This document shows positions 27,279 to 36,384 of a stretch of DNA of 64,000 nucleotides, piece after piece (positions within the stretch are counted from its first letter, which is position 1; every line of letters begins with the position of its first letter). Both the position numbers and the translations under genes were made by a program. The notes beneath the pieces are model-generated. The model did not search any database. It was not told where the DNA came from and saw nothing but the letters and a program-made list of their open reading frames with translations. This DNA is from an uncultured Candidatus Saccharibacteria bacterium (lineage in GTDB: Bacteria > Patescibacteriota > Minisyncoccia > Phycocordibacterales > Phycocordibacteraceae): the NCBI GenBank assembly GCA_964507275.1, contig CAZDPG010000001.1, positions 188,061 through 252,060 on the forward strand, written 5' to 3'.

Positions 27279-28549
27279 AAAAACTCCTTAAATTTATGAT
27301 TGCTTCGGTGCTCGCCCTGCTTGCACGTGCTGTCGTGCACCGGTATCACCCGCGCATCGTCATGGTGACCGGTTCGGTAGGGAAGACGTCTACAAAGGAT
27401 GCAGTCGCCGCGGTGCTCTCGGCACGCTTCCTTGTCCGTAAGAGCGAAAAGAGTTTCAATAGCGAATTTGGTGTCCCGTTCACCATACTTGGAGCTGACA
27501 ATCCGTGGGGCGATCCTTTTGCATGGGTCTCGCTCGTCAAACGCTCGCTCGCGCTTCTCGTCCTGCCGAATCAGTATCCGAATATGCTCGTGCTCGAAGT
27601 GGGAGCGGATCGTCCTGGGGATCTCGCTCGGATACTGCGTATCGCGACGCCAGCTGCCGTCGTTGTCACGCAGCTACCTGACGTGCCAGTGCATGTGGAA
27701 GCGTATGCTTCGCCCGAGGCGGTGCGAGAAGAAGAGTTTTCTCCCGCGTACGCGCTTCCTGCGGGAGCACCGCTCATCATCTCGGCTGATGATCTATACG
27801 CACTAGACGCGGCGCGTCGTTCTCCCGCACGTGTCATCTCGTACGGTGTGGCAGAAAACGCTTCGGTACGCGTCAGCAGTATCGTTTTCTCTGAAATGGA
27901 AGGAGTTGTCACGGGGATGTCTGCCGATGTGACGGAGGAGGGTACCTCTTCGAAGATCTCCGTGAAGGGGTCTGTCGGGGAGGTACAAATCCTTCCTGTT
28001 GCCGCCGCCCTCGCGGTTGCCGTCGCATTTGACATACCTCGTGCGCGCGCCATTGAGGCGCTCGAAGCGTATGAGCCTCCGCCAGGACGCGGACGTCTGC
28101 TTACGGGGAAGGGAGACTCGATCATCATTGATGATTCGTACAACTCCTCACCGGTTGCCGTTGAGCACGCGCTCAAAGCTTTGAAAGCGTTTCCGCATGC
28201 AAAGCGCCGTATCGCAGTCCTCGGAGACATGCTTGAGCTCGGGAGATATTCGGTCACGGAGCATGAGAGGATCGCTCGTGTCGCAGGAGAATCGGCGGAT
28301 GTTATCGTTACCGTCGGTATCCGCGCTCGTGCGTTTGCCGCTGTGCCGAAGAAGGCTGAAGTCGTGCAGTTCGATAACGCCCGCGCAGCTGCTGTTGCGC
28401 TTCGGGATGTGGTCGAGTCGGGTGACGTGATTCTCGTAAAAGGGTCGCAATCGGTTCGCATGGAACGCATCGTGAAAGCGTTGCTCAATGACCGAGCAGA
28501 TGCCGCGCGACTCGTTCGCCAGGAAAAGAAGTGGCGGGAGAAGGAATAA
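27275..28549 (+). CDS. murF: UDP-N-acetylmuramoyl-tripeptide--D-alanyl-D-alanine ligase
   Basis: Mur ligase P-loop GSVGKTSTKD. C-terminal VLGDMLELG...H and VKGSQSVRME motifs characteristic of MurF rather than MurE. Confidence 0.75.
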   Translation: MKKLLKFMIASVLALLARAVVHRYHPRIVMVTGSVGKTSTKDAVAAVLSARFLVRKSEKSFNSEFGVPFTILGADNPWGDPFAWVSLVKRSLALLVLPNQYPNMLVLEVGADRPGDLARILRIATPAAVVVTQLPDVPVHVEAYASPEAVREEEFSPAYALPAGAPLIISADDLYALDAARRSPARVISYGVAENASVRVSSIVFSEMEGVVTGMSADVTEEGTSSKISVKGSVGEVQILPVAAALAVAVAFDIPRARAIEALEAYEPPPGRGRLLTGKGDSIIIDDSYNSSPVAVEHALKALKAFPHAKRRIAVLGDMLELGRYSVTEHERIARVAGESADVIVTVGIRARAFAAVPKKAEVVQFDNARAAAVALRDVVESGDVILVKGSQSVRMERIVKALLNDRADAARLVRQEKKWREKE

Positions 28550-28655
28550 GATGTGACGCTAACGATACCAGTCAAAACTCTTAGTAGAGCAATTGCAAAC
28601 AATCAGTAAAGTAATTGTTAAGTTTGCATCTCTAGAGAGGTGTGGATTAAGTTAA

Positions 28656-29453
28656 GTGTGGTATGCTCAGACAATCATGCGACGAACCCTTGCTGTAGCC
28701 TATACGCTAATCGCTCTTTTAATTGTTCTTCCGTTTTCGTTTCTTCCGCTCATCATGGGCGCAGAGAGCGTTGCTTCAGGCCCTCTCTTTTACAAGCTTC
28801 TTTACTACCTGTTTTACTTGCTACCGATTCTTGTAGTGGCAAGCATCGGTTATGTTTGGAAATACCTGGCTCAAGGCAAAGAACAGGATGGAAAACTCCC
28901 CTTAGCAATTCGTGCGATTATAGGACTCGTCGTTGTTTTTGTCGTGTTGTATGGGCTTGGGTACGGGGCTGCGTGGGGCAAAGTACTATTTGAAAAAAGC
29001 GGACTGATTACGTGGGTACACCCTTTATTCTCAGAAGAGTATAGCGACTCGCAATTATATAGTGCCGCATTCAATAACGGTGACCGGGGAACCTGTGACA
29101 AAATCAAAGACAGCACATTGAAAGCACGATGTTACATGAATACGAACGCTACAGATATGAGCGCGTCGGACTGCCTTGCAGAGAACCATCGAGATGGGAG
29201 TCAGCCCCTGACCACGGGCGAACGGTCGTGTATCACTACTTTCATATACCAAAAAGCGCTTACCGATGCTCTCTTGGACTGCACTGTTCCAGTGCTCAAA
29301 GAATATCAAAAGGTGTGTACAGAACTCCAGTCTTTTCAGGAGCTAAGGATTAAAAACAGCTCATCCGCATGTTCCAGCTTGCTGAAATCGGGACATCTAG
29401 ATAGATCGACTACTGAAAAATTTATTGCTTGCCTCGATAGAGAGGAATCGTAA
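28656..29453 (+). CDS. Hypothetical polytopic membrane protein with a Cys-rich C-terminal extracytoplasmic domain (AT-rich)
   Basis: About 4 TM helices, then an 8-Cys domain. Low-GC segment 28.56-29.46 kb. Confidence 0.45.
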   Translation: MWYAQTIMRRTLAVAYTLIALLIVLPFSFLPLIMGAESVASGPLFYKLLYYLFYLLPILVVASIGYVWKYLAQGKEQDGKLPLAIRAIIGLVVVFVVLYGLGYGAAWGKVLFEKSGLITWVHPLFSEEYSDSQLYSAAFNNGDRGTCDKIKDSTLKARCYMNTNATDMSASDCLAENHRDGSQPLTTGERSCITTFIYQKALTDALLDCTVPVLKEYQKVCTELQSFQELRIKNSSSACSSLLKSGHLDRSTTEKFIACLDREES

Positions 29454-29490
29454 TTGAGGATGCAATGTGCCGGTAGACTGTTTTGTTTTG

Positions 29491-29562
29491 TGACCTCACG
29501 GGGAATCGAACCCCGATTTGATCCGTGAGAGGGATCTGTCCTAGCCGTTAGACGATGAGGCC
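29491..29562 (-). tRNA. tRNA-Glu (anticodon CUC), 72 nt, CCA not encoded
   Basis: Manual fold. Acceptor GGCCTCA/TGAGGTC. D-arm GTCT-AACGGCTA-GGAC. Anticodon arm GATCC-CUCUCAC-GGATC, with U33, the anticodon at 34-36 and A37. T-arm CGGGG-TTCGATT-CCCCG. Confidence 0.8.
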
Positions 29563-29623
29563 GTCTGTAGATGATTTATAACAGAAAGTTTGAAGAGATG
29601 GAAGCGAAAAATAATAAGGCGAT

Positions 29624-29995
29624 TTAGACTGCCTTCTCGCTCAATACTTGTATCTTCTCGAAAAGCTTTTCGGCAAGATTATTCTGAAGGAAATCAAGCT
29701 CGTGTCGTGCTTTCTCGAGTTCCTCCTCGGCGTTCCTTGAATTCGGCGCGGTGCCTTCACTCAAAGAGATTTCAGTCTGGGAGATGGATGCCTCGAGACC
29801 CTTGATTCTGTCGGCAGTGATCTTCTTTAGGTACGCGAGCTCGACAGCGGTGAGTTCGACGCCCGTGTGTTCCATTCTCCTCATCTCGCGGGTTCCTTGA
29901 TCCAGAGCGTACTCCGGCTCGCCATGACTCTCGACGGCTCGTCGGGAATCGGCTTCAAGCGAAGGGCTTTCGAGGCTAGAATGGGAAAGTGTCAT
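29624..29995 (-). CDS. Hypothetical coiled-coil protein
   Basis: ORF in the intergenic space after tRNA-Glu. Start uncertain, no RBS seen. Confidence 0.25.
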   Translation of the reverse strand: MTLSHSSLESPSLEADSRRAVESHGEPEYALDQGTREMRRMEHTGVELTAVELAYLKKITADRIKGLEASISQTEISLSEGTAPNSRNAEEELEKARHELDFLQNNLAEKLFEKIQVLSEKAV

Positions 29996-30094
29996 GCAGG
30001 TTATAGTAGGCCTAATTCTCCGAGAGTCAATGAGTTCTGCGTGCAAAAAATAAGCGCGGGATGGTTACCGCGCTGTCCCGCATATAGCTTTCGG

Positions 30095-30367
30095 CTAATT
30101 GTCAGGGAGTCTCTTGCGATCTGCTTCGGCTCGTGCCGCCGCTTCGGCTCGCATCTTGGGCGTGATTTCGAATGCGGGAGTTCCGGTGGTACGCAGCTGA
30201 GCCTCATGTTTTGGTGCTTGTGCCCTGAGCTCAGCGACCTTCGCCATAAGTGTGGTTCGATCGGCCGCTAATTTGTGCGCCGCTTCTTTCTGTTCTCGCT
30301 CAGTCTTTACCTCGGCGCGTAGCTCCTCGCGTTTGCTCATCTTCGGACCCTCCATACCAGTTGGCAT
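30095..30367 (-). CDS. Hypothetical charged 90-aa protein
   Basis: ORF only. Lys/Glu/Ala-rich helical. Confidence 0.3.
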   Translation of the reverse strand: MPTGMEGPKMSKREELRAEVKTEREQKEAAHKLAADRTTLMAKVAELRAQAPKHEAQLRTTGTPAFEITPKMRAEAAARAEADRKRLPDN

Positions 30368-30404
30368 ACGTAAAGTATGACGTATTGAAACCGCGTGTCA
30401 ACGG

Positions 30405-30860
30405 CTATGCGAGCAGGGAATCGACGATTTCCTTCACAAGAGCTCCATCAGCCTGGCCTTTGAGTTCTTTCATGAGAGCTCCGGTGAATTTGCCGGCTTC
30501 AGTCTTCGAGGAAACACCCATCTCGGTCATCTTCTGCTTTGCGATGGTTTCTATCTCCTCACGGCTCATGAGAGCGGGAAGGTAGGACTCAATGATGGCG
30601 AGCTCGGCCTTCTCGGGCTCTGCGAGCTCAGGGCGACCGCCGTTTGTGAACTGCTCGATAGAGTCTTTACGCTGATTGGCTGCGCGCTTCACGACGGCAA
30701 GTGCTTCCTCATCGGTGAGGAACTCATCCGGCTTGCGCTTCTTGGCAACGACTTCGTTGGTCATCATGGTGATGAGCGAACGGAGCGTCTGGAGCTTCAC
30801 GGCATCCTTGGCGCGCATCGCGTCCGGGATAGATTTCTTCAGGGTTTCGTGGATAGACAT
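30405..30860 (-). CDS. GatB/YqeY-domain protein
   Basis: 151 aa. ...EEALAVVKRAANQRKDSIEQF... and a C-terminal ...KFTGALMKELKGQADG..VKEIV pattern typical of the YqeY family. Confidence 0.7.
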   Translation of the reverse strand: MSIHETLKKSIPDAMRAKDAVKLQTLRSLITMMTNEVVAKKRKPDEFLTDEEALAVVKRAANQRKDSIEQFTNGGRPELAEPEKAELAIIESYLPALMSREEIETIAKQKMTEMGVSSKTEAGKFTGALMKELKGQADGALVKEIVDSLLA

Positions 30861-30880
30861 GGGAATAGTATACTACGAAC

Positions 30881-31930
30881 ATGGATTTGTTCACCGTCGC
30901 CCTCATCGTCCTCGCGTTGCTCTTCACCCAGGGTATCGGCCTCTATCTTATCTTCCGTCGCCAAGAGACGCCTGCTACGGATGGCAACGGCATGGTGCTC
31001 CTGCAGCAGCAGTTGCAGAATCTCGAGCGTACGCTCGATGCGCGTGTTACGGAATCATCCCGCGCGATGCAGGAGAACTCTCATCGGCAGTTTTCGGAGA
31101 GCGCGCGACTCATCAAGGAGATCACCCAGGAGGTGACGTCGGTCAAAGAGATTGGCCGGCAGACCCAGGGGTTCGCCGAACAGCTGCAGAGTCTGCAGGA
31201 CATCCTGAAGAACCCGAAGCAGCGCGGCATCCTCGGCGAGTATTATCTCGAGACGGTTCTGAAGAACGTGCTTCCGCCCGGCATGTACCAGATGCAGTAT
31301 CCCTTCAAGAACGGCGAAATAGTCGATGCCGCCGTCTTCGTGAGCGACAAGATTGTCCCGATAGACTCGAAGTTCTCTCTTGATAATTACAACCGTCTCG
31401 TGCATGCAAGCGAAACAGAGAAGCCAGCGTTCGAGAAGGCGTTCGTGAACGACCTGAAGCTTCGTATCAGTGAGACGGCAAAATACATCCGTCCTGAAGA
31501 GAACACCATGGACTTCGCGTTCATGTTCATCCCGTCCGAGGGTATCTACTACGATCTCCTCACGAATCAGGTCGGCGGTGGGGAAGAGGAGAACCTCATC
31601 CAGCGAGCTGCCGGCAAGCACAAGGTCATCATCGTTTCCCCGACGTCATTCCTCGCATACCTCCAGACGGTCATGCAGGGTCTAAAGGCGCTCAAGATAG
31701 AGGAAAAGGCGGAAGAAATACAACAGCGGGTAGGGGAGCTGGGGAAGCATGTAGCGGCCTACGAGACCTTTTACAAGAAGCTCGGTGTCTCGCTCGGTAC
31801 ATCGGTATCCCACTACAACGCGGGATACAAAGAGCTCCGGAAGATAGACAAAGACGTGTATCGCATCGCTGATGCCAAGATTGGTATAGAGCCTGAGCTT
31901 CTGGATAAGCCGACAGCGCTTGAAGAGTGA
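30881..31930 (+). CDS. rmuC: DNA recombination protein RmuC
   Basis: N-terminal TM, long coiled-coil, then a C-terminal RmuC-type nuclease-like domain (...FAFMFIPSEGIYYDLL...KVIIVSPTSFLAYLQTV...). Confidence 0.75.
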   Translation: MDLFTVALIVLALLFTQGIGLYLIFRRQETPATDGNGMVLLQQQLQNLERTLDARVTESSRAMQENSHRQFSESARLIKEITQEVTSVKEIGRQTQGFAEQLQSLQDILKNPKQRGILGEYYLETVLKNVLPPGMYQMQYPFKNGEIVDAAVFVSDKIVPIDSKFSLDNYNRLVHASETEKPAFEKAFVNDLKLRISETAKYIRPEENTMDFAFMFIPSEGIYYDLLTNQVGGGEEENLIQRAAGKHKVIIVSPTSFLAYLQTVMQGLKALKIEEKAEEIQQRVGELGKHVAAYETFYKKLGVSLGTSVSHYNAGYKELRKIDKDVYRIADAKIGIEPELLDKPTALEE

Positions 31931-31991
31931 GAGCCGATGGTGTGAATCATCTGCATGTAAATGGAAACGAGTGGGGTATACTGAAGGAGAT

Positions 31992-34553
31992 ATGCGTAGC
32001 ACATTCGTTCTCTTAACACTCACACTGATTTCCATCGGCGCGTTCTTGATTCCTGACCGTGTTTTCGCGCAGCCCTCTCCCAGTTCAGTTTCCGTAGTCG
32101 TCGCGAATATAAACCTCTCCAATGCAGTAATCCTTTCTCAGGACGGGAATACATTTCGCATTGCCGTTGATTTTGTGAACAACGGGGATGCACCTCAGTC
32201 AGACATTAAATACGGCGTCGAATTGGTGAAGAAACAGGACAAGGCTCAGACGAGAGTCGATACGTTTATCTCAGATGAGATACTCATCATCGACGCTAAG
32301 AAAACGCTCCATAAAGAATTTACCTATGCGGCATCTCCACTACTCTCTGGCGGTAATTATGAGTTGTGGCTGCTGAGTAGGACGACAGGAGGCCTCATAC
32401 TCGGTATTGCCAGGGTAGGGGAAGTTCCTCTCGAAACGACCGCCGATGGTCGAGTGGCGATCTCTCCAGAATCCTGTTATCTACAAGTGAAAGGAGACAC
32501 CGAGAAGTACACGCTCCTGCAAGGTGTTGACGTGGAGAAAGAGGAAATATTGTCTATTCGTTGTTCAGCGAAAAATAACTTCCCTCGCAGTGTTACGGTT
32601 TCTCCTTCCTTCGAGACTCATGAGCGCTCGGTGTACGGATCAATCGTGAATGTCGCGTACCTGGAGGCTCCAACCATCACGTTCAAGTCGGGCGAGACGA
32701 AAGAATTCTCTTTCACCATTCAGAAACCGGAAAAACCGCAGGCGTATGATGCTAGTCTCACACTGATCGATAGTAGTAGCCGTGCCGTCGTATCGGGCAG
32801 TGTGACCGCCCACTATGTCCTTCGCGGTGCGAGCGCCACCATTCAGAATGCTTCGCTCGATAGGGCGATATATGAAAAGGGCGATCTGATTACCGCAACC
32901 CTTTTCTGGTCACCTTCGGCTGATTCCTTTCCGAATTCTCGGGCAGAAACGGGGACCACTATCGGAGACATCACAATAAAGGTAGACATCGTCGATGAAT
33001 CAGGCGCATCATGTGCCGACACCATCACGAAGATTGTCACTGGTCAGGAAACGAACGTTTCTCTGACAGCGAATTCTTCCATCACCTGCGTTTCCCCGAA
33101 GGCGATCCTTACGCTCATGGACAAGGACGGCACGGTTCTGGATAATCGGACATTCTCAAGTCCGGCGGTAAGCAACGATACCCCCGCTCGTGAGTTCCCT
33201 GTGAACAGTATGGCGGTTCTCGCCACCCTGCTCGGGGCATTCACCGCATTCTTCATTTGGAAGAAATATCTTATTAATCTGCAGAGTGCAGCGAGAACTC
33301 TGCTCCTCCTGATGATTGTGTCCTCAGCGTTTTTCATGGGGGTAGGGGAAGCGAAAGCGTTAACCTATGGGACAGGGGATGTCATTACCACGGTAAACAT
33401 AAACAAAAGTGTCTATTCTCCAGGGGAGACAATAGTGGTGAGTGGCTTGGTCACGTTTAGTAATTGCGGTAATGGGTATTCCACCGTGAATGTCTTGGCG
33501 AATATCAGCGCGGAAATGATCGCTCTCAACAGTCCCGGCAGCTACTACTTGTCCGGCTATTTGACCGCTCCCTCATCTCCCGGAACGTACATCATTGACT
33601 TCACTTCAATGGGTTTGCCCGACTACGGCATGTTGTATCTTGACTGGTCATGGGGGAGCATCCCAATCACCGTAAGTGCTCCACTCGGTGCCATCAATGT
33701 CTCCTCCAACATCTCTTCTTCTTGGACTATTACCGGTCCAGAAGTTATTGCCGGATCTGGTACTTCACAATCATATCCATCGAAACCAACAGGGGCCTAC
33801 ACGATTGCCTGGGGCGCAGTTTCTGGATACACCGCACCTGCATCACAGAGTCTCTCTCTCGGTTCCGGAGGGACCATTTCTTTTAGCGGAAGCTATGCCG
33901 CTTCTTGTTCAAGCACCACAATTAGTAACTGCGCTCTTCCGTCGACCTCCTCCGGCTCCTCTGCTGGTAGTTGTGCCGCTAGTTATACTGGCTCGTGCAG
34001 TTACTCTTGTAGCAACGGAGTATGGAGCCAGAGCTCCAACTCGTGTGTTGCTCTAACGTGCTCCAACGGAGCCAATAACTATCCGACCTGCAACACCTGC
34101 ACGGCACCACTCGTATGGAACGGGAGTAGCTGTATCGTTTGTAGTAATGGCGGGTGCGACCTTACCGGGAAGTGTATTAATAACGCAAACAATCCTCCAA
34201 GCTGTAGTACGTGCACCCCGCCAGGGTTAGAGTGGAATCCCAGCACTCATGCCTGCGTGCCGCCTGCTCAAGTGTCGGTATCTATCTCTGCGAACCCCTC
34301 TCGTGTCCGATCGGGCGCCTCCTCGACCATCACCTGGAGCGGGTCAGGTATCGCAAGCTGCTCAATTACAAGAAACGGCACAGCCTGGGGCACCGATGTC
34401 TCTGCGGCAGGCAAGATAGACAGTAGTATTACTAGCCAAACAGTGTATGCCATCGCTTCCTGTAAAGATAATACGGGGACCCAGGTCAATATCACCAATG
34501 ACCCTCTCCCGTCAGCCACGGTGAACCTGGTGCCGGGCTTCGACGAGTTCTAG
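31992..34553 (+). CDS. Very large (~853 aa) secreted/surface protein with a Cys-rich C-terminal region
   Basis: AAGGAGA RBS 8 nt upstream of the ATG at 31992. Signal peptide MRSTFVLLTLTLISIGAFLIPDRVFA. Beta-rich repeats. Two central hydrophobic segments. About 30 Cys in the last 250 aa (CxxC-rich). Confidence 0.6.
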   Translation: MRSTFVLLTLTLISIGAFLIPDRVFAQPSPSSVSVVVANINLSNAVILSQDGNTFRIAVDFVNNGDAPQSDIKYGVELVKKQDKAQTRVDTFISDEILIIDAKKTLHKEFTYAASPLLSGGNYELWLLSRTTGGLILGIARVGEVPLETTADGRVAISPESCYLQVKGDTEKYTLLQGVDVEKEEILSIRCSAKNNFPRSVTVSPSFETHERSVYGSIVNVAYLEAPTITFKSGETKEFSFTIQKPEKPQAYDASLTLIDSSSRAVVSGSVTAHYVLRGASATIQNASLDRAIYEKGDLITATLFWSPSADSFPNSRAETGTTIGDITIKVDIVDESGASCADTITKIVTGQETNVSLTANSSITCVSPKAILTLMDKDGTVLDNRTFSSPAVSNDTPAREFPVNSMAVLATLLGAFTAFFIWKKYLINLQSAARTLLLLMIVSSAFFMGVGEAKALTYGTGDVITTVNINKSVYSPGETIVVSGLVTFSNCGNGYSTVNVLANISAEMIALNSPGSYYLSGYLTAPSSPGTYIIDFTSMGLPDYGMLYLDWSWGSIPITVSAPLGAINVSSNISSSWTITGPEVIAGSGTSQSYPSKPTGAYTIAWGAVSGYTAPASQSLSLGSGGTISFSGSYAASCSSTTISNCALPSTSSGSSAGSCAASYTGSCSYSCSNGVWSQSSNSCVALTCSNGANNYPTCNTCTAPLVWNGSSCIVCSNGGCDLTGKCINNANNPPSCSTCTPPGLEWNPSTHACVPPAQVSVSISANPSRVRSGASSTITWSGSGIASCSITRNGTAWGTDVSAAGKIDSSITSQTVYAIASCKDNTGTQVNITNDPLPSATVNLVPGFDEF

Positions 34554-34593
34554 ACTTGTCTTTTAGGGGTTCGCGTGCTAGATTGGGGGGACT

Positions 34594-34911
34594 ATGGAAG
34601 TGGCCGTAATCAAGACCGGAGGGAAGCAATATGTCGTCTCAACAGGCGACACTATTTCGATAGAAAAGCTCCCTGGGGATCTGAAGAAAGGCGACTCAGT
34701 TGTATTCGACGAGGTGCTCCTCGTGGACAACGGCTCGGACACGACCATCGGTGCGCCTGTCATTAAGGGCGCAGAGGTCAAGGGCACTGTTGTTCTCGCC
34801 GGGAAGGCAAAGAAGGTCGAAGTGGTTAAGTACAAGCCAAAGAGTCGCTATTTCAAGCGCAATGGCCATCGTCAGCCGCTTCTCAAGGTTCAGATCGATT
34901 CAATCTCATAG
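34594..34911 (+). CDS. rplU: 50S ribosomal protein L21
   Basis: MEVAVIKTGGKQYVVSTGD... canonical L21 N-terminus. Confidence 0.9.
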   Translation: MEVAVIKTGGKQYVVSTGDTISIEKLPGDLKKGDSVVFDEVLLVDNGSDTTIGAPVIKGAEVKGTVVLAGKAKKVEVVKYKPKSRYFKRNGHRQPLLKVQIDSIS

Positions 34912-34986
34912 ATTGATTTCTTAACTTCTCATATTACGGGGACAGACTTCGCAATTACTTGCGTTTATTTTTACGTATCTAACATT

Positions 34987-36336
34987 ATGCAAATAGGAAG
35001 ATGGCATCATCAGTCAGCAGGGGGCTCTTCGGAGTCGTCAGGGAACAGGGAGAGCGGTAGTCGCTCGTATTCACCGCGCCCATCGAGAGGGGGAAGCGCA
35101 AGCGGTCCTCGCCGTTATGGCAGCGATCGCGGTCCGGCACGTGGCGGAAGCAGCTACGGCCGCAGCAGCAGCTTCGGCGGCGGCCGTGCACCAGCACGAG
35201 GTCGTGGTTTCGGGTCGTTCGGCGAGACCGAGGCTGAGATTTCGAAGTTCATGAACAAGACGGTCGTCACGACCGAAGAGCCGGTTTTCGTGCCGGAACA
35301 CAAGTTCGCTGACTTCGATATCAACGCACATCTCAAGCAGAACATCATTAATCATGGGTATGAGCTTCCGACGCCAATCCAGGACAAGGCCATTCCGCAC
35401 GCGCTCCTCGGACAGGACGTGGTGGGACTCGCTGAGACTGGGACCGGAAAGACGGCCGCCTTCCTCATTCCTCTCATCGACAAGGTGATGAAGCAGAAGG
35501 GCGAGCGCGTCCTCATCATGGCGCCGACGCGTGAGCTCGCCGTGCAGATTGAGAAGGAGCTCGCTGGCTTCGCCAAGGGTCTCGGTTTCCGTGGCATGGT
35601 TGCCGTGGGTGGAGCGAATATCGGTCCGCAGGTCTCGGCACTCCGCCATGATCCTGCGTTCGTCATCGGTACCCCAGGGCGCTTGAAGGACCTCATGGAG
35701 CGCAAGGCGCTTGATCTCACTGGCTTCGGCACGGTCGTCCTCGACGAGGCTGACCGCATGCTCGACATGGGATTCATCGATGATATGCGACTCATCCTCG
35801 CCAAGATGCGCAAGGAGCGCCACACGCTCTTCTTCTCAGCGACGATGTCACGCGAGATTGAGAAGCTCATCGGCGATTTCCTCGAGAGCCCCGTCGTCAT
35901 CTCGGTGAAGACCGGGGATACCTCGAAGAATGTGGAGCAGGACGTCGTCCGCATCCCGCGCGGTGCAGACAAGTTCGAAGTGCTCGTCGACCTCCTTCAG
36001 AACCGCGAGTTCAGCAAAGTGCTTATCTTCGGTCGCACGAAGTACGGCGTCGAGAAGCTCGCGAAGGAGCTCTCCCGCAAGCACATTCATTCCGAGAGCA
36101 TCCATGGCAATAAGACGCATGGTGCGCGTATTCGCGCTCTTGAGGCCTTCAAGGCAGGGAAGGTGACCGCTCTCGTGGCGACCGATGTCGCGGCGCGCGG
36201 TCTCGATATCCCAGCTGTGACACACGTCATCAACTACGACCTTCCGTCGACGTATGAGGACTATGTGCACCGCATCGGCCGTACCGGCCGTGCTGCGATG
36301 AAAGGCATCGCGCTCACGTTCGTCCAGGGGAGATAA
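34987..36336 (+). CDS. DEAD-box ATP-dependent RNA helicase with an RGG/SR-rich low-complexity N-terminal extension
   Basis: Q-motif FADFDI...PTPIQ. Motif I AETGTGKT. DEAD (VLDEADRMLDMGF). SAT. Motif VI HRIGRTGRA. An alternative start lies at 35251 (MNKTVV) if the RGG extension is not translated. Confidence 0.8.
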   Translation: MQIGRWHHQSAGGSSESSGNRESGSRSYSPRPSRGGSASGPRRYGSDRGPARGGSSYGRSSSFGGGRAPARGRGFGSFGETEAEISKFMNKTVVTTEEPVFVPEHKFADFDINAHLKQNIINHGYELPTPIQDKAIPHALLGQDVVGLAETGTGKTAAFLIPLIDKVMKQKGERVLIMAPTRELAVQIEKELAGFAKGLGFRGMVAVGGANIGPQVSALRHDPAFVIGTPGRLKDLMERKALDLTGFGTVVLDEADRMLDMGFIDDMRLILAKMRKERHTLFFSATMSREIEKLIGDFLESPVVISVKTGDTSKNVEQDVVRIPRGADKFEVLVDLLQNREFSKVLIFGRTKYGVEKLAKELSRKHIHSESIHGNKTHGARIRALEAFKAGKVTALVATDVAARGLDIPAVTHVINYDLPSTYEDYVHRIGRTGRAAMKGIALTFVQGR

Positions 36337-36353
36337 TTCGGTTTTTACAATGC

Positions 36354-36384
36354 AAAAGCACCTTCAAGGGTGCTTTTTGTTTTT
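36354..36384. terminator. Bidirectional rho-independent terminator between the convergent helicase gene and recR
   Basis: aaaa-GCACC-ttcaag-GGTGC-tttttgttttt. Confidence 0.55.

Noticed and set aside
31920-31991. Earlier start (MKSESRWCES...) for the giant surface protein
   Set aside because: The AAGGAGA RBS sits 8 nt upstream of the ATG at 31992, and the signal peptide begins there. The upstream 24 codons overlap the rmuC 3' end.
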